Source: Chrysomallon squamiferum | Taxonomy: Eukaryota > Animalia > Mollusca | Direction of reading: 5' to 3' | NCBI GenBank assembly: GCA_012295275.1 | Contig: CM022672.1 | Location: forward strand, 22,630,001 to 22,694,000 | DNA length: 64,000 nt | Shown here: positions 50,669 through 63,548 of the stretch, piece by piece | How positions within the stretch are numbered: the first letter of the stretch is position 1 | Layout of the letters: each line of letters begins with the position of its first letter | Translations under genes and position numbers: made by a program | The notes under the pieces: model-generated | Databases searched by the model: none | What the model saw: only the letters and a program-made list of their open reading frames with translations | What the model was told of the DNA's origin: nothing

Positions 50669-52611
50669 TATTTAATTTATTTAAGGGGGACTTTTTGTAT
50701 GTGTATATTATGTCTTGTTATTACTGGTGTGTGTGTCTGTGTCTGTGTGTGTGTTTGTGTTTATCATGTTGTTAAAACAAACAATCATACATGTATCTAT
50801 ATGCATCACTGTTTAGTTACTTACTAGTATACATTTATTAAAATAACCACCAATCACAACAATGAATATATATATAGATATATAACAGAATTACGTGTAT
50901 GTGTCTGTATGTATGTATACACACCCACCCACCCACCCACTCATTAAAATACACACCATTAAACATGAATATTTCGATACTAAATCACTAGGTTTTTTTT
51001 TCTTAAACATTTCTATTTCAACAACTGATCCAATCACAAGTGATATCTTTGCAACGAAATAATTAGCTACAAAAACTGACAACAACAGATTTGGGAGACA
51101 GACTCATTGATAAAATAAAGATTTTCTTTTGATTTAGTTATTTTTGATTATTTAATATTACTAAGTGAAATATTAAAATGACTACGTCAAATATAAATAT
51201 GCCCATTTACCAATGAGCACCATTTTGAAAATCACCATCTTCAGACTGCATGTGATACAGTTGATTTCATCTGGTAAACATAAATATCAGACATTAAAAG
51301 AGCAATATAATTTAGTGGTATTTAAAAATGCCCATATATAATCTAATAACAAACTCTTTCATTTTACTGTAGTATGAATTATTATAAGAATGTAAAAATA
51401 AATAAATTAATAACGATATATAAATTTGGAAAAAAACAAAGGACATGCTTTCCACAAATGAATGTGAGAGAAAATAGCTTTTCCAAAATGGCAAAAAATA
51501 CCAAATTTCCATGATCTTTAACTTTTCGAGCCCCGTATATATATATTTTATATACACCTGTAATAGTCTATTCACTAAGAAATAAATTATGAATGTTATA
51601 AAGGATTTGAAATGTAACAAAAGCTCTTTGAAAAGATAATTTGCTTAATGAATATTTTATAACTTTTCATGATGTTTTTGTTCCATTTGTATTAAAAAAA
51701 CAAATTAATGAAAAAAGAGATGCTAATAATCTGAATTTCACACAATTAAAAAATCATCAGAGAATGACCTGAAGGAAGCTAATAGCAGTTTAAACAGTAA
51801 TTTTGTTGTTATTAATACTAGAATTTCATACTAGTTATAAAAATAGTGAGTTGATAATGGCTGTGATAAACCTTGTTTAAACTTTCCTTCATCTCATTAC
51901 AGTAAGACTTAAAAAGCAAAGCATTGTTTAATTCAGATCTGGTTGTATCTTCTTAATCATCTAAACACAGTAAACGTATTTTAACATAATTATTATAATG
52001 TCAGGCAAATAAAATTTAAAAATGAAGCATTTAATTTGAAACTTTTGAATTATTTAGATATTTTTGCAAAGTTCATTATTGTAAATAAAACAAAAAACAT
52101 CTTCATACATAAAATGACTGCTATGTATTCTGGTTTTCTCTACTTTCTGGTGAAGTTCAAACAAATTTTCTTCACCTGCAAAAATAAAAATAAAATAAAT
52201 TTGGCAATGTGGAAGTTCCTATAATTAAAATATGCCCATCATGCTGCCTAAGTGTATTTCTATATCAGTGATCACATGAAGATAATAAACAGTATAATAT
52301 TGGGTTGATCAATCTAACATTAAAATTAATAATATAAACATATCTGTCTCTATTAGAATAGTTTTAAACATAATAACTAAAACAAAAATAAAAAATTTGC
52401 CACTTAAGTTATATTAACATACAACATAGAAAGGTATGAATACTACAATATATCATGAGTCACTTTTTAGAACTTTTGAACTTATTAAATATTTTACAAT
52501 TTCCATATCTGCCTCAGTATTATTAATATTTTATCTGTATAAAAAGATAACAAAATATATTCTGTGACACTGATATAATAAAAAATAAAAAACAATTTCG
52601 AGTTTGTTTAC

Positions 52612-53107
52612 CAGTTTTAATGATGTTGTCAAGCTATTTTATACGACCACTTGATGGTCATTCATTCTGTGTAATGCTCTAGCGTGGACTATCATACTGA
52701 AAAACAGAAATAATCCAAAATAAATAAATTATTTCTTAACTCTACATAGATGAACTGTGAACTATTATTATTATTATTATTATGGTTTTTTTTTTTTTTT
52801 TTTTTTTCAGTTGTGAAATATTTCCATAACCATGGCAAACAAAAAATATTTAAATAAATTTTACAAAGATTTATCAAAATCTGTCAGTGAATTGATTGAA
52901 ATGAGAAACAGAACACACTTTGTGTAAAATCATTTCTTACTCATTTCATTTATGAGAAACTGCACTTTTTTCTACAGCAGTCATACACATCTGTTTTTCC
53001 AGATCCTTCAGCATGTTTCCTTTCTTCTCTGTCCAGAAGTCTGTTACCGTCATAGTTATACTTATCAATCACTGCCTGGCTATCATCATCAGTATAAACA
53101 CAGCTAC

Positions 53108-53149
<42 letters not shown>

Positions 53150-54332
53150 TAAATAAAAAATAAATAAAATGTATTCAACATTTGACTGCTCCACACCACC
53201 TCTTGGCATCACTGGTAATGAATATGACCCTAGTAAAAAAAAAAAAACCGCAGAAAAACCTAGAAAACTAATTATTATTATATCAAGATATGGACTGAAT
53301 AGGCATTTGAATATGCAATAACAATCGAATCTATGCATATTAAAATATATAAATAAATGTTGATTCTAATGTTGATGGCAAACCTCATTTAAGTGAAATC
53401 TGAAGAAAATGATTTACAGTCTAAGGGGAATAACTCCAACCACATAACGAATGTAATACTGACTGTTTTATGACACCCCAGTACGAAAAACAGTTTTGCT
53501 ATTGGGAGTAAAATAATATAAAAATGTCAAAAGTTTATAAATCGCAATGTAAAGAGCTGGGTAAAATATAAATATCACATATGACTGAAATTTAAAATTT
53601 TTATAAAAGGAAGTTTTCTTTTAAAGATTTAGTAAAAGATATGAGTGGTATCTAAACAATTTACCATATTGTATCTATCAAATATGTTCTTGTCTCAATA
53701 AAATGACTGCATTCCAGTAAAATGTGTTGAACTGTCAAAGTACACTGAAATTGCTCACTCTGAGGTGGAAGATCTTTCTTTAAGACACACGAATGAGTTA
53801 AGTGTGTATGACCGACACGGGACATATTCCTCCTTCCTGCACTGCTTGTAAGAGGACTGCCAATCGCCCAAGGCAGGCTTAATATAATTAGACTTGTTTG
53901 TGACAGCACCATTTAAGTCATTTTGCCAAGTGGAATCGATATACTGGCCGATATCATGCTTAAAATCAGTACTGGATACACCAGCATGTGCAAAATCTAA
54001 AGTTGACTTGGCAGCAGAATCTGCCTTTTATTACTCCTTATGCCATTACGTCTGGGTACCCAACAGAAAATAATTACCTTATTGGCAATATTTTTAAAGA
54101 GACTCTTTCGTATCACCATCCCAGTTAAGGGATGATCTAGCTTCTATTTGTAAAGCTTGGAGAGAAGAAAATGAGCCAATACAAATAATATATTTCGATG
54201 AGGATATATATACATTATAAAAATAAAATAAATAAATAAACCATCTACCTTTGATTATAATTTTTGAAATGTGTCATTAGTTGAATCATAAACACACAAA
54301 AAAAAAAAAAATCACCAGAACAATGTAGAGTT

Positions 54333-54378
<46 letters not shown>

Positions 54379-54740
54379 ACATTGAAAAATTACTTATAAG
54401 ACTTTGATAAAAATTCAAAATAGTGGTGCTTTACTATTATTTCATTGTTTTTCGGAAATTGAGATGAATGTCTGCCAGACGAATTATGTCGACTACGATA
54501 CAGTCGACAGTGTACTACATATAGTAATAAATGGCTGGAAATTAAATTTCAAATAAACTCACCACATTTAAACGGAAATAAATAATTTATTTAATTACTT
54601 TTTATTATTTCTACTTGACAAAAAATTAAAGTGAAGCAGTCATCTAAACCAATGGAAGTTGCAGTCAAAATGGTGTACATCTCATCGGTGACATCCCTTG
54701 ATTTTCAAATCTCTGCCTTCAAGCATTCAAAAGCCATTAT
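52612..54740 (-). pseudogene. Relic exons of a polycystin-2 (TRPP/PKD2)-like channel gene
   Basis: Best exon 53103-52941 (tgtag acceptor, gtaaga donor): YTDDDSQAVIDKYNYDGNRLLDREERK/MLKDLEKQ with one frameshift, matching the PKD2 EF-hand region ([35 protein letters not shown], from recall). Weaker relics in the expected order: DEMYTILTA..LLHFN (~54690-54620), LFIYFNM..IAYSNAYSV (~53370-53290), LHRMND..LDNII (~52697-52612). Confidence 0.5.
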
Positions 54741-55663
54741 AATCATTTGTTCATAAATTTATAATATAATCGTATTTCATTAATTTCATTAAATTATTTC
54801 TTTTGTTATATCCATTATTTTTAATTTGAAGAGGTAATATTTTATTTATTTCCAGTTTTGAATGAATGAATTTTATCATGTGTCTAACATATGCGCTTAT
54901 ACATAATATCGTAAAAACATACTGAAGGTTTATAGTCAGGCTATATTTTTATAAAAAAGAATTCTTTTGTGATTTTAAAAACGATAGAAGAGGTATGTTC
55001 CTTAACGATACGATCTTAACTTCCAATTCGTTTCTGATCATTGGTATGAATTTCCTTGTCATACATCAAGATAAAATGTTGGGGAAAAAAAAAAAAAAAC
55101 CCGAAAACACCACAAAAAATAACAAATAAAATTAAAAAAATAAATAATAATAATGAAAAAAGATGATAATTTATATCATTTTTATGTCACTAAGAGATAA
55201 CAAAACAAAGAAAATATTTCTTTATCATTGTCGAAACATTTTTTCAAATATAACTGGCTCAAATATACATCATGTTGTTCATGAATGTAGTAAAAATTGC
55301 CAGGATACTTTATCTGTCTTTATTTCTTGTAAGTAGGTACAATCTACCAACGCTTGTATATTATCAATAATAATATAATCGATGTTTGTCCCAGTAGCTG
55401 GTTTCCTGTCTCGGATTGCGTTTTTAGTGGTCCACTGTTCTGAAACTGTGCAATTAAGAAACTGTGACGTTGATTATTAGAGATATGTATATATTTGCAT
55501 ATAATATTATAGGTAGATATAGCATCAAGCATCCATTACGAACCGAAATCAAAACAAAATATTTATGTTACAAGAAAAATTATTTACTGGACACATGTAT
55601 ACTTATTTAGTGGTTGAGGACGTGGGAGTTAGCATTAAATGAAAAACTGAAATTCCAACTTAC

Positions 55664-55946
55664 GAGTCTTCCGAGCTACGAGCAGTCGCACGGTCTACTT
55701 TTTGCTTTGAGCTGCGAGCCAAAATCCGAGTTACGAGTTTCAGATACGCCGCCGCTAGTTGGCGCAACGAACAACACAGCATCCGCCCAGCGTCCATCCC
55801 GTGTCTCACTCGTTTGCTTCGCGTGGTTACCTTCCCGTGGAAGCATCTCTGTTGTGTTGTGGTTGCGTTCTGTGCTGTATTTTCCGTGGATCCCAAGAAA
55901 GTGAGTGCAAAGGACAGTGCTGAGAAGAAGAAGCGGATGATGTCCA
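55664..55946 (-). other. GC/CpG-rich exon-like segment (hydrophobic start, Cys-containing, possibly decayed EGF-like repeats)
   Basis: Acceptor tttaattcag and strong donor CTC|gtaagt. Frames give DIIRFFFSALSFALTFLG..RCFHG, E*DTGWTLGGCCVVRCAN and RPCDCS*LG. Confidence 0.25.
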
Positions 55947-56441
55947 CTGAATTAAAGCATCAAAACATAGAAAAACATAAGGGAAGGGGTGCGTATAGTC
56001 AACGTGGCTAGGCAGTGCGAACGTAGTGGAACGTAGATACCCCTGTATACATAAATCAAACTATCTGTGGAGGATATATAGGTGACATCAAATTGACCAA
56101 CACGTAAAACAGAACATAGGGAAACAGGAGAACCATTTGTCAGACTTAAACAAAGATAACGCAAAATATAGTTACCAACATAATTGCCTAATAATGGCCG
56201 CCAACTAAGTCACAGTACCAAGGTTCCTTCAGTGTTCTTCCCTAGCTTTTTTCAAAACCCACCGGTCTAAACTTAAATAACTACGACGCGGACTTCTGTG
56301 AAATCAGCAGAGCTTAACCGAATAAAGTCCTTTTGTCTCTGGAGACATAATTAGGGTATGGCTAAGTGCCCTACTAAGTGAGATATAAAAACCGTATACC
56401 TTCACAAGTCACGAAGCTGGTTTAATTACAGTAACATAATC

Positions 56442-56451
56442 CGGAATTCCC
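56442..56451. promoter_or_regulatory. Candidate NF-kB/Rel site upstream of IAP copy B
   Basis: cggaattccc, ~140 bp upstream of the ATG at 56592; identical to the copy A site. Confidence 0.5.
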
Positions 56452-56591
56452 ACTGTTTGTTTTTATCTCCGGAAGAAAATTCTGACGAATGGGATCTACG
56501 GATCTTTACAATCTGTATTCTGAAAAAGTGTAGCGGACGCCATTAACACTCGCTAACAACACGAAGAAAATAGTTTATCAAAATTAACAGA

Positions 56592-57380
56592 ATGTCTGGT
56601 TTAAACAATTGTGATATAGATTTAAACCCAAGTGTACGTTTTTATAGTGAGAATCGTACCCATGAAGCTGAAATGTTAAATAAAAGATTACTGACATTCA
56701 TAAATTACAAAGGCAAGAAAAGTCCTAGGCAATTGGCAATGGCTGGATTTGTGCACACAGGTACCTCTGATAAGGTTGTTTGCGAATCCTGTGGTATCAG
56801 GTTGTTCAACTGGACTGGTAACGAGGACCCTTTGCAAGAACACAGAAAACATACATCAGGTTGTAGTTTCATTAGAGCAAAATTTTTGACAACCGGAGAC
56901 TCAGAATATAATAAATCGGATTCTGCTTCTAGTATTACTCCAAAATACAGGGAATACGAGAACTATGAAAAAAGGTTGGAAAGCTTCATTGGATGGCCGC
57001 TCTTATCGCCCTTGCAAAAGCCCAGTATTTTGGCTCGTTCTGGATTTTTCTACATAGGATCTGCCGATCGCGCTAGATGTTTTCATTGTGGACTAACTTT
57101 GCGCGATTCGGATGACGATGATTTTCCGCCAGTTGTTCACAAAAAACAGGCTAAGAATTGTGAATTTGCTCAGAAACTGGACATTGATGAAATAAGCAAA
57201 ATGGTTGAAGTTGAGAACAGTAAATACCCCCATAGCCCAGCGATCCAGGCAGTTTTGGAAATGGGATACTGTATTGAACTCATTCAAAAGGCCATTGATA
57301 ATCGGAAAAGAAAAGATGGTTCTGATTTTCCAGATGCAGTTTCACTTTTCGAAGCAGTTTTGGAACTTGAAGAAAACTGA
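56592..57380 (+). CDS. Inhibitor of apoptosis (IAP/BIRC) protein, copy B: BIR-BIR-UBA, no RING, 262 aa
   Basis: Close paralogue of copy A with all Zn ligands intact, a shorter N-terminus, an in-frame deletion of the BIR2-UBA linker, and a UBA with the MGY motif. Confidence 0.92.
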   Translation: MSGLNNCDIDLNPSVRFYSENRTHEAEMLNKRLLTFINYKGKKSPRQLAMAGFVHTGTSDKVVCESCGIRLFNWTGNEDPLQEHRKHTSGCSFIRAKFLTTGDSEYNKSDSASSITPKYREYENYEKRLESFIGWPLLSPLQKPSILARSGFFYIGSADRARCFHCGLTLRDSDDDDFPPVVHKKQAKNCEFAQKLDIDEISKMVEVENSKYPHSPAIQAVLEMGYCIELIQKAIDNRKRKDGSDFPDAVSLFEAVLELEEN

Positions 57381-58081
57381 GCTGGCTGGCACGTAGGACC
57401 CTGTTAGTATTAGGTTAGTGTCACGTGATATTATCTCTTAGCCAGTAAAATCTCATTTCTGATACAAAGACGGTGCTAAGAATGATTAATGATATGAAAA
57501 AGTTCCTGGTTTTTAAAAAAAAAAAAAAAAAAGAAAAGAAAGGATTAACTTAAGTAAAATGCTAACTAATTTTAAATATTTAATATTTAGTAATTAAATT
57601 CTAGTAATGCTTGAATTGTTGTTGAACCTTGTTCTTTATTTATTTACTTTATATATGTTATAGGAATTTGTATAATTCCTGAAATTTTCAAATAAAATGT
57701 GAAATCAGTGAACTGATAGTTATACGGCCAGAATTCGTGATGGTCCATGGAAAAACAAGGCATCCTAAAGAAAGAGCAAACAGTGACATTAAGGACATTC
57801 TTATTTGATGGTTAGATGGTAACACATTTTGTCAGTTCGAGAATGTTGAAAACAGAAAACTTAAGTGTTCTGCATTTGCAGCACTGATGCTTGGACTGGC
57901 TTGTTATCATCTAACCTCCCTCAGGACATTCTCCAACGACTGCAGTCAGAGAATGATCTACTTTCAGCATTTGAAATCTGAATTTAAGCATATTTTCTAG
58001 AATTTTCAGGAATTTTAAATATTTCCTGAAATATATATAAAGTAAATGTAAAAAAACAAAAACTATGTGTTATATGTATAC

Positions 58082-58199
<118 letters not shown>

Positions 58200-58254
58200 G
58201 AAGAATTAGATAAATAAAATCAATAACCATTTGTAATTTGATTTTCATTTTCAG

Positions 58255-58434
58255 ATGACAGTTTGAGGAAGATGAGCTGTTCCTGGTATGGCTTCTGTCC
58301 ATGAAAGTGTATCTTACCAGGAAGAAAAAAACTACAGGACGACATCCTAAAAGTTTTGTAGGAGAGAAGATACTTTTTATGGACACCTGTTTAATTCTGA
58401 AAGGTTTTCTTTCACAGTTACGGATGTTTCTTAA
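58255..58434 (+). pseudogene. Probable decayed RING exon downstream of IAP copy B (paralogue of 37446-37631)
   Basis: Same acceptor and sequence as the copy A relic with additional indels; ggacacctgttt (GHLF) retained. Confidence 0.35.
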
Positions 58435-59007
58435 GCTGAAAAATGACAATACAAATATAATTAGTAAGAGTACTGAGTAAATAAGATATAATTTAAGTTG
58501 TAGCGTTCTAAATGCTGTGATACCTAAAGATTGATATGTAACACGTGATAAATTTTCAAGTCAAATTAGAAACTGTATATCTCAATTTAATTTAGATTGA
58601 TTCTTCAAGAAAAACAACATCAGATCAATGACACATTTATTTAATTCTGATGACATTTTAAAAATAAATATTGAGTAAATATTACATAATGTCCTTCATT
58701 TATTTTATATTATTTATTTTAAATAATAATAATAATAATAACAACAATAAATGCATTTTTAAATATGTAAATATGTTTGAAATATATTGTGATAGATTTG
58801 TGGTATTAGTGTTTGTTTATTGTAATCGTATTTGTTTTTTGATTTTGTAATCTCATTTGTATTTTCTCTATCATTATCTTAAGCATCTTTCATTCGTATG
58901 CAAACCATCTATGAACTGTTATTCTTAGCTGTTTTCTCAGACAAGGATTCATTTGTTTATTTTGCTAATTCATTGAAAATATTATACTTGGTATTTCTCT
59001 CACTTTA

Positions 59008-59050
<43 letters not shown>

Positions 59051-59116
59051 TATAGATATAATATATATAATCATATCATAAATGCAATAACGTAAACTGG
59101 ATACGAATGCAATGTT

Positions 59117-59316
59117 NNNNNNNNNNNNNNNNNNNNNNNNNNNNNNNNNNNNNNNNNNNNNNNNNNNNNNNNNNNNNNNNNNNNNNNNNNNNNNNNNNNN
59201 NNNNNNNNNNNNNNNNNNNNNNNNNNNNNNNNNNNNNNNNNNNNNNNNNNNNNNNNNNNNNNNNNNNNNNNNNNNNNNNNNNNNNNNNNNNNNNNNNNNN
59301 NNNNNNNNNNNNNNNN
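59117..59316. other. Assembly gap (200 N)
   Basis: Run of exactly 200 N, typical of a fixed-size scaffolding gap. Confidence 0.99.
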
Positions 59317-59339
59317 GCACTCATTTTCAGAAAAAATAA

Positions 59340-60431
59340 TTTATTTACAATAATGAACTATTTTTATAACTAGTATGAAATTCTAGTATTAATAACAACA
59401 AAATTACTGTTTAAACTGCTATTGGCTGCCTTCAGGTCATTCTCTGATGATTTTATAATTGTGTGAAAATCAAATGATGTGTGTTTTTATTACTTATCAC
59501 AACACATACTACAATAACTATACATTATAAATCAGTATAATAATTTTAATGTTAAAGTTAGAGATATAGAAAGTAACTTTTAAATGAATATAGCAATCAC
59601 ATTTATTTAATAATAAACAGAGTATTACTCTTGTTTTCAAGGCATTTTAAATTGTGTCAGTTAAGTTCAATTGCAAATAATATTTTAAAAATTAAAATCT
59701 GAAGCATTGACCATTTCAGAATTAAGCTGGTACCATTTATACTAATGAATTTCATTTATATTTAATACCTGTTTAGTTTAAATTTCTAGTACTGCATGCT
59801 GAGTAAGAGACGTGCGCAGATGTGTTGAAATTCTTTTTCTCTTTTGCCACAATCTTTCTTGTCACAGTATTCAATTAGTTTTCAGTTTGGTAATTCACTG
59901 TACACACTCAGATTGTGAAGAGATGAGCTAACACTTCAGTCACAGAAGATGCTGGACAGGTCATTTCGTATTCAGATTATTAGCATCTCTTTTCAATTTT
60001 TTTTTTAATACAAATTGAAAAAAAAAATGAAAAGTTATATTATATTCATTAAGTAAATTATCTTTTCCAAGAGATTTTGTGACATTTCAAATTCTTTATA
60101 ACATTCATAATTTATTTTTTAGTGAATAGACTATTACAGGTATATATAATATGCCATTACAGGTATATAAAATATATATCTACAGATCTCGAAAAGTTAA
60201 AGATCATGGTATTTTTCGCAATTTTGCAATTGCTATTTTCTCTCACATTCATTTGTGGAAGGCGTGTTCTTTGTTTTAATCACATTATCAGTCACATCCA
60301 ACAGATTCCTGGACTATTTCACATAAAAGTCAGTTTGAAAAACGTATATAAAATTTAAATATGACTTTATCTAGGTAGATTTCTTGTAGCAATTATTTAC
60401 GCCGATATGATTTAAAAAATTAATCATAGAA

Positions 60432-60462
<31 letters not shown>

Positions 60463-61105
60463 CATACATACACATACATACATATATACATATACATAAA
60501 TATATACATGCATACATACTACTACTACTAATAATACTACTAGTTATTATTATTATTATTACTATTATTATTATTATTACAGAAGACGGGAAAAAAGAAA
60601 ACAGAAATCAATAAAATCAAAATTTTATTTACATTTTATAATATATATGTATATATATAAAATTCATACAAATAAACACAAACCTGGCTCCTTTTTTATT
60701 ATTTTTATTTATTTATTTATTATTATAATTCTTTTTCTTACTCTTCTCAAAAGGAATGTAATAGTAAAAGTAGTTTAACTTATAGATTTTACAAGAATCA
60801 ACATACCATTAAAAACAAAATGTAAATAAATAGACAAACAGACAAACAAACAAAATGAAAATATATAAATAAATACTACTACTATTAATAATAATAATAA
60901 TAATAATAAAAAGGAACAAAAAATAAAACCTAAATAAAATAATAATCAAATCGAAATGAAAATTTAAAAAATAACAACAAACAAATGATTATATAGTTAA
61001 ATATGGCACCATATTCACACATGGCAGTGTAAATAAAAAACATGTAAATAAATAGACAAACAGACAAAAAATAAATTTAAAAAAAATACTACTACTTCTA
61101 CTATT

Positions 61106-61142
<37 letters not shown>

Positions 61143-61871
61143 TTAATAATAATAATAATAACAATAATAATAACAATAATAATAATAAAGGAACAAAAAA
61201 TAAAACCTAAATAAAATAATGATCAAATCGAAATGAAATTTAAAAAAATAACAACAACAAACAAATTATTATGTAGTTAAATATGGCACCATATTCACAC
61301 ATGGCATTGTAAATAAAAAACATGAACATTATAATATGACACACAGATACACACAGAGATAAACACATTCTTCTATTTGGTCATTTTTAAATATCACTAT
61401 ATTATGTTGCTCTTTTAAAGCAAATTGTTACAAATAAACACAAACCTGGCTCCTTTTTTATTATTTTTATTTTATTTATTTATTTATTATTATTATTCTT
61501 TTTCTTACTCTTCTCAAAAGGAATGTAATAGTAAAAGTAGTTTAACTTATGGATTTTACAAGAATCAACATACCATTAAAAACAAAATGTAAATAAATAG
61601 ACAAACAGACAAACAAACAAAATGAAAATATATAAATAAATACTACTACTATTAATAATAATAATAATAATAATAATAAAGGAACAAAAAATAAAACCTA
61701 AATAAAATAATAATCAAATCGAAATGAAAATTTAAAAAAATAACAACAAACAAATGATTATATAGTTAAATATGGCACCATATTCACACATGGCAGTGTA
61801 AATAAAAAACATGTAAATAAATAGACAAACAGACAAAAAAAAACAATAAAAAAAATACTACTACTTCTACT

Positions 61872-61920
<49 letters not shown>

Positions 61921-62390
61921 TTAATAATAATAATAATAATAACAATATTAATAATAATAACAATAATAATAATAATAAAGGAACAAAAAATAAAACCTAA
62001 ATAAAATAATAATCAAATCGAAATGAAATTTAAAAAAATAACAACAACAAACAAATTATTATGTAGTTAAATTTGGCACAATATTTACACATGGCAGTGT
62101 AAATAAAAAACATGAACATTATAATATGACACACAGATACACACAGAGATAAACACATTCTTCTATTTGGTCATTTTTAAATATCACTATATTATGTTGC
62201 TCTTTTAAAGTAAATTGTTATAAACATTTCATCAGTGTCCTATATTTACTTTGCCATATAAAATCAAGTGAAGATCGTTTGCAGTGAAAATGGTGCTCAA
62301 AGATAAAGGTATTATTTCTTTATTTTTTTATTTTTTTTACAATTAATATTTGACTCAGTTATATTAAATAATCAATAATGGCTAAATCAA
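59340..62390. repeat. Inverted copy of ~48990-51850, with a nested tandem duplication (two ~770-bp units, 60668-61430 and 61431-62210, each with an internal ~220-250-bp repeat)
   Basis: 59365-59465 is the reverse complement of ~51735-51840; 60285-60430 of 49920-50070; 62100-62390 of 48990-49285. caaataaacacaaacctggctcc occurs near 60668 and at 61431. Confidence 0.88.
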
Positions 62391-62709
62391 AGGCAACATT
62401 CTTATATGACTAAGTCTTTCAGCTAAATTTCTTATTAGTTTTTATCATTATTCTGTAGCTTATACGACAATCTAAATATCTAAATAGCTTATATGACAAT
62501 CTAAATATGTGTTTGAACTCCTTTTTATTAAAAAGTGGATTGTCTACAGAAATACTGCAGAAACATAATATATTAAAACGACCCTTGTTTTCCAAGGTAA
62601 CGATAAGGTAAATACTGAAAAATATCACACTCTGGGAACATGTCTATATATATATGTCGCATTATGGAAGTCGTTTTCCTGAAGTAAAATTGTCCTCAAC
62701 CTCGTCTGT

Positions 62710-63548
62710 CTAATCCTGGAAAAAAACCCAGTCAAAATGCGTATGATCATATTCATCAACATTCAACATTAATATTTTTAAATGTTTTTTTTTTAATGTA
62801 GATCAATTGTCACGTAACGGAAGTAGGCGATGCGCATGCGTTTATTTATAGGTTTATTAAACGTCCTAAGAATAAAATTTCGTCTTTTCAAAGCTTCTAT
62901 GTTATCATAAAATTTGTCTTCTGATTAAAAAACAAACATACTCCTCCCTCCAAAAAAAAAAAAAACCCACAACAATGAGATAATACTAACCTTATTTTCT
63001 TCAAGATCCAAAACTGCTTTGAAAAGTGTTCCTGCATCTGGAAAATCAGAACCATCTTCGCTTTTCCGATTATCAATGGCCTTTTGAATAAGTTCATTAG
63101 AACAACCCTCATCCAAAACTGCCTGGATCGCTGGTCTGTTGGCGTCATTACTGCTCGAGCTGTCGGTTGTTGTTGTTGCTTGAGCCACAACGCTGTTGTC
63201 GGCTTTAGCACCACTCTTTTCAACAACAAGATTTTTAGTTTTCGAATCCATCTTTGATTTCTCAGCTTCAAACATTTTCTTTATATCATCAATTTCCATT
63301 TGGTCAGCATATTCCAAGAAGATGTTTTTCTTTTCTTCAAGTTCCAAAACTGCTTTGTAAAGTGTTTCTGCATTTGGAAAATCAGAACCATCTTTTCTTT
63401 TCCGATTATAAATGGCCTTTTCAATAAGTTCAATAGAACAACCCCAATCCAAAACTGCTTGAATCGCTGAGCTATAGGTGTATTTACAACTGTTGTCGGC
63501 TTTATCACAACTCTTTTCAACAACAATCTTTTTCTTTGTCGAGTCCAT
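62710..63548 (-). CDS. IAP-derived copy D: BIR-less, tandem double-UBA protein (187 aa if spliced 63548-62991 + 62715-62710), or a pseudogene
   Basis: ORF with two UBA repeats (SAIQAVLDWGCSIELIEKAI..DFPNAETLYKAVL; PAIQAVLDEGCSNELIQKAI..DFPDAGTLFKAVL). Donor AAG|gttagt and acceptor ttttttccag|GAT TAG as in copy C. The IAP 5' UTR/promoter (63644-63880) is fused directly to the BIR2 tail. Confidence 0.62.

Noticed and set aside
57836-57990. A further RING-like or coiled-coil relic exon (ENRKLKCSA.. / ILQRLQSENDLL), also at ~37800-37950
   Set aside because: Two incompatible readings are equally plausible and neither is strong enough to call.
59000-59373. Poly-X ORFs
   Set aside because: Artefacts of the 200-N gap.
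62925-62990. Hydrophobic C-terminal tail of the 207-aa ORF (VSIISLLWVFFFFGG..) as a membrane anchor
   Set aside because: It is read-through past a splice donor conserved in copy C and comes from a poly-T intron tract.
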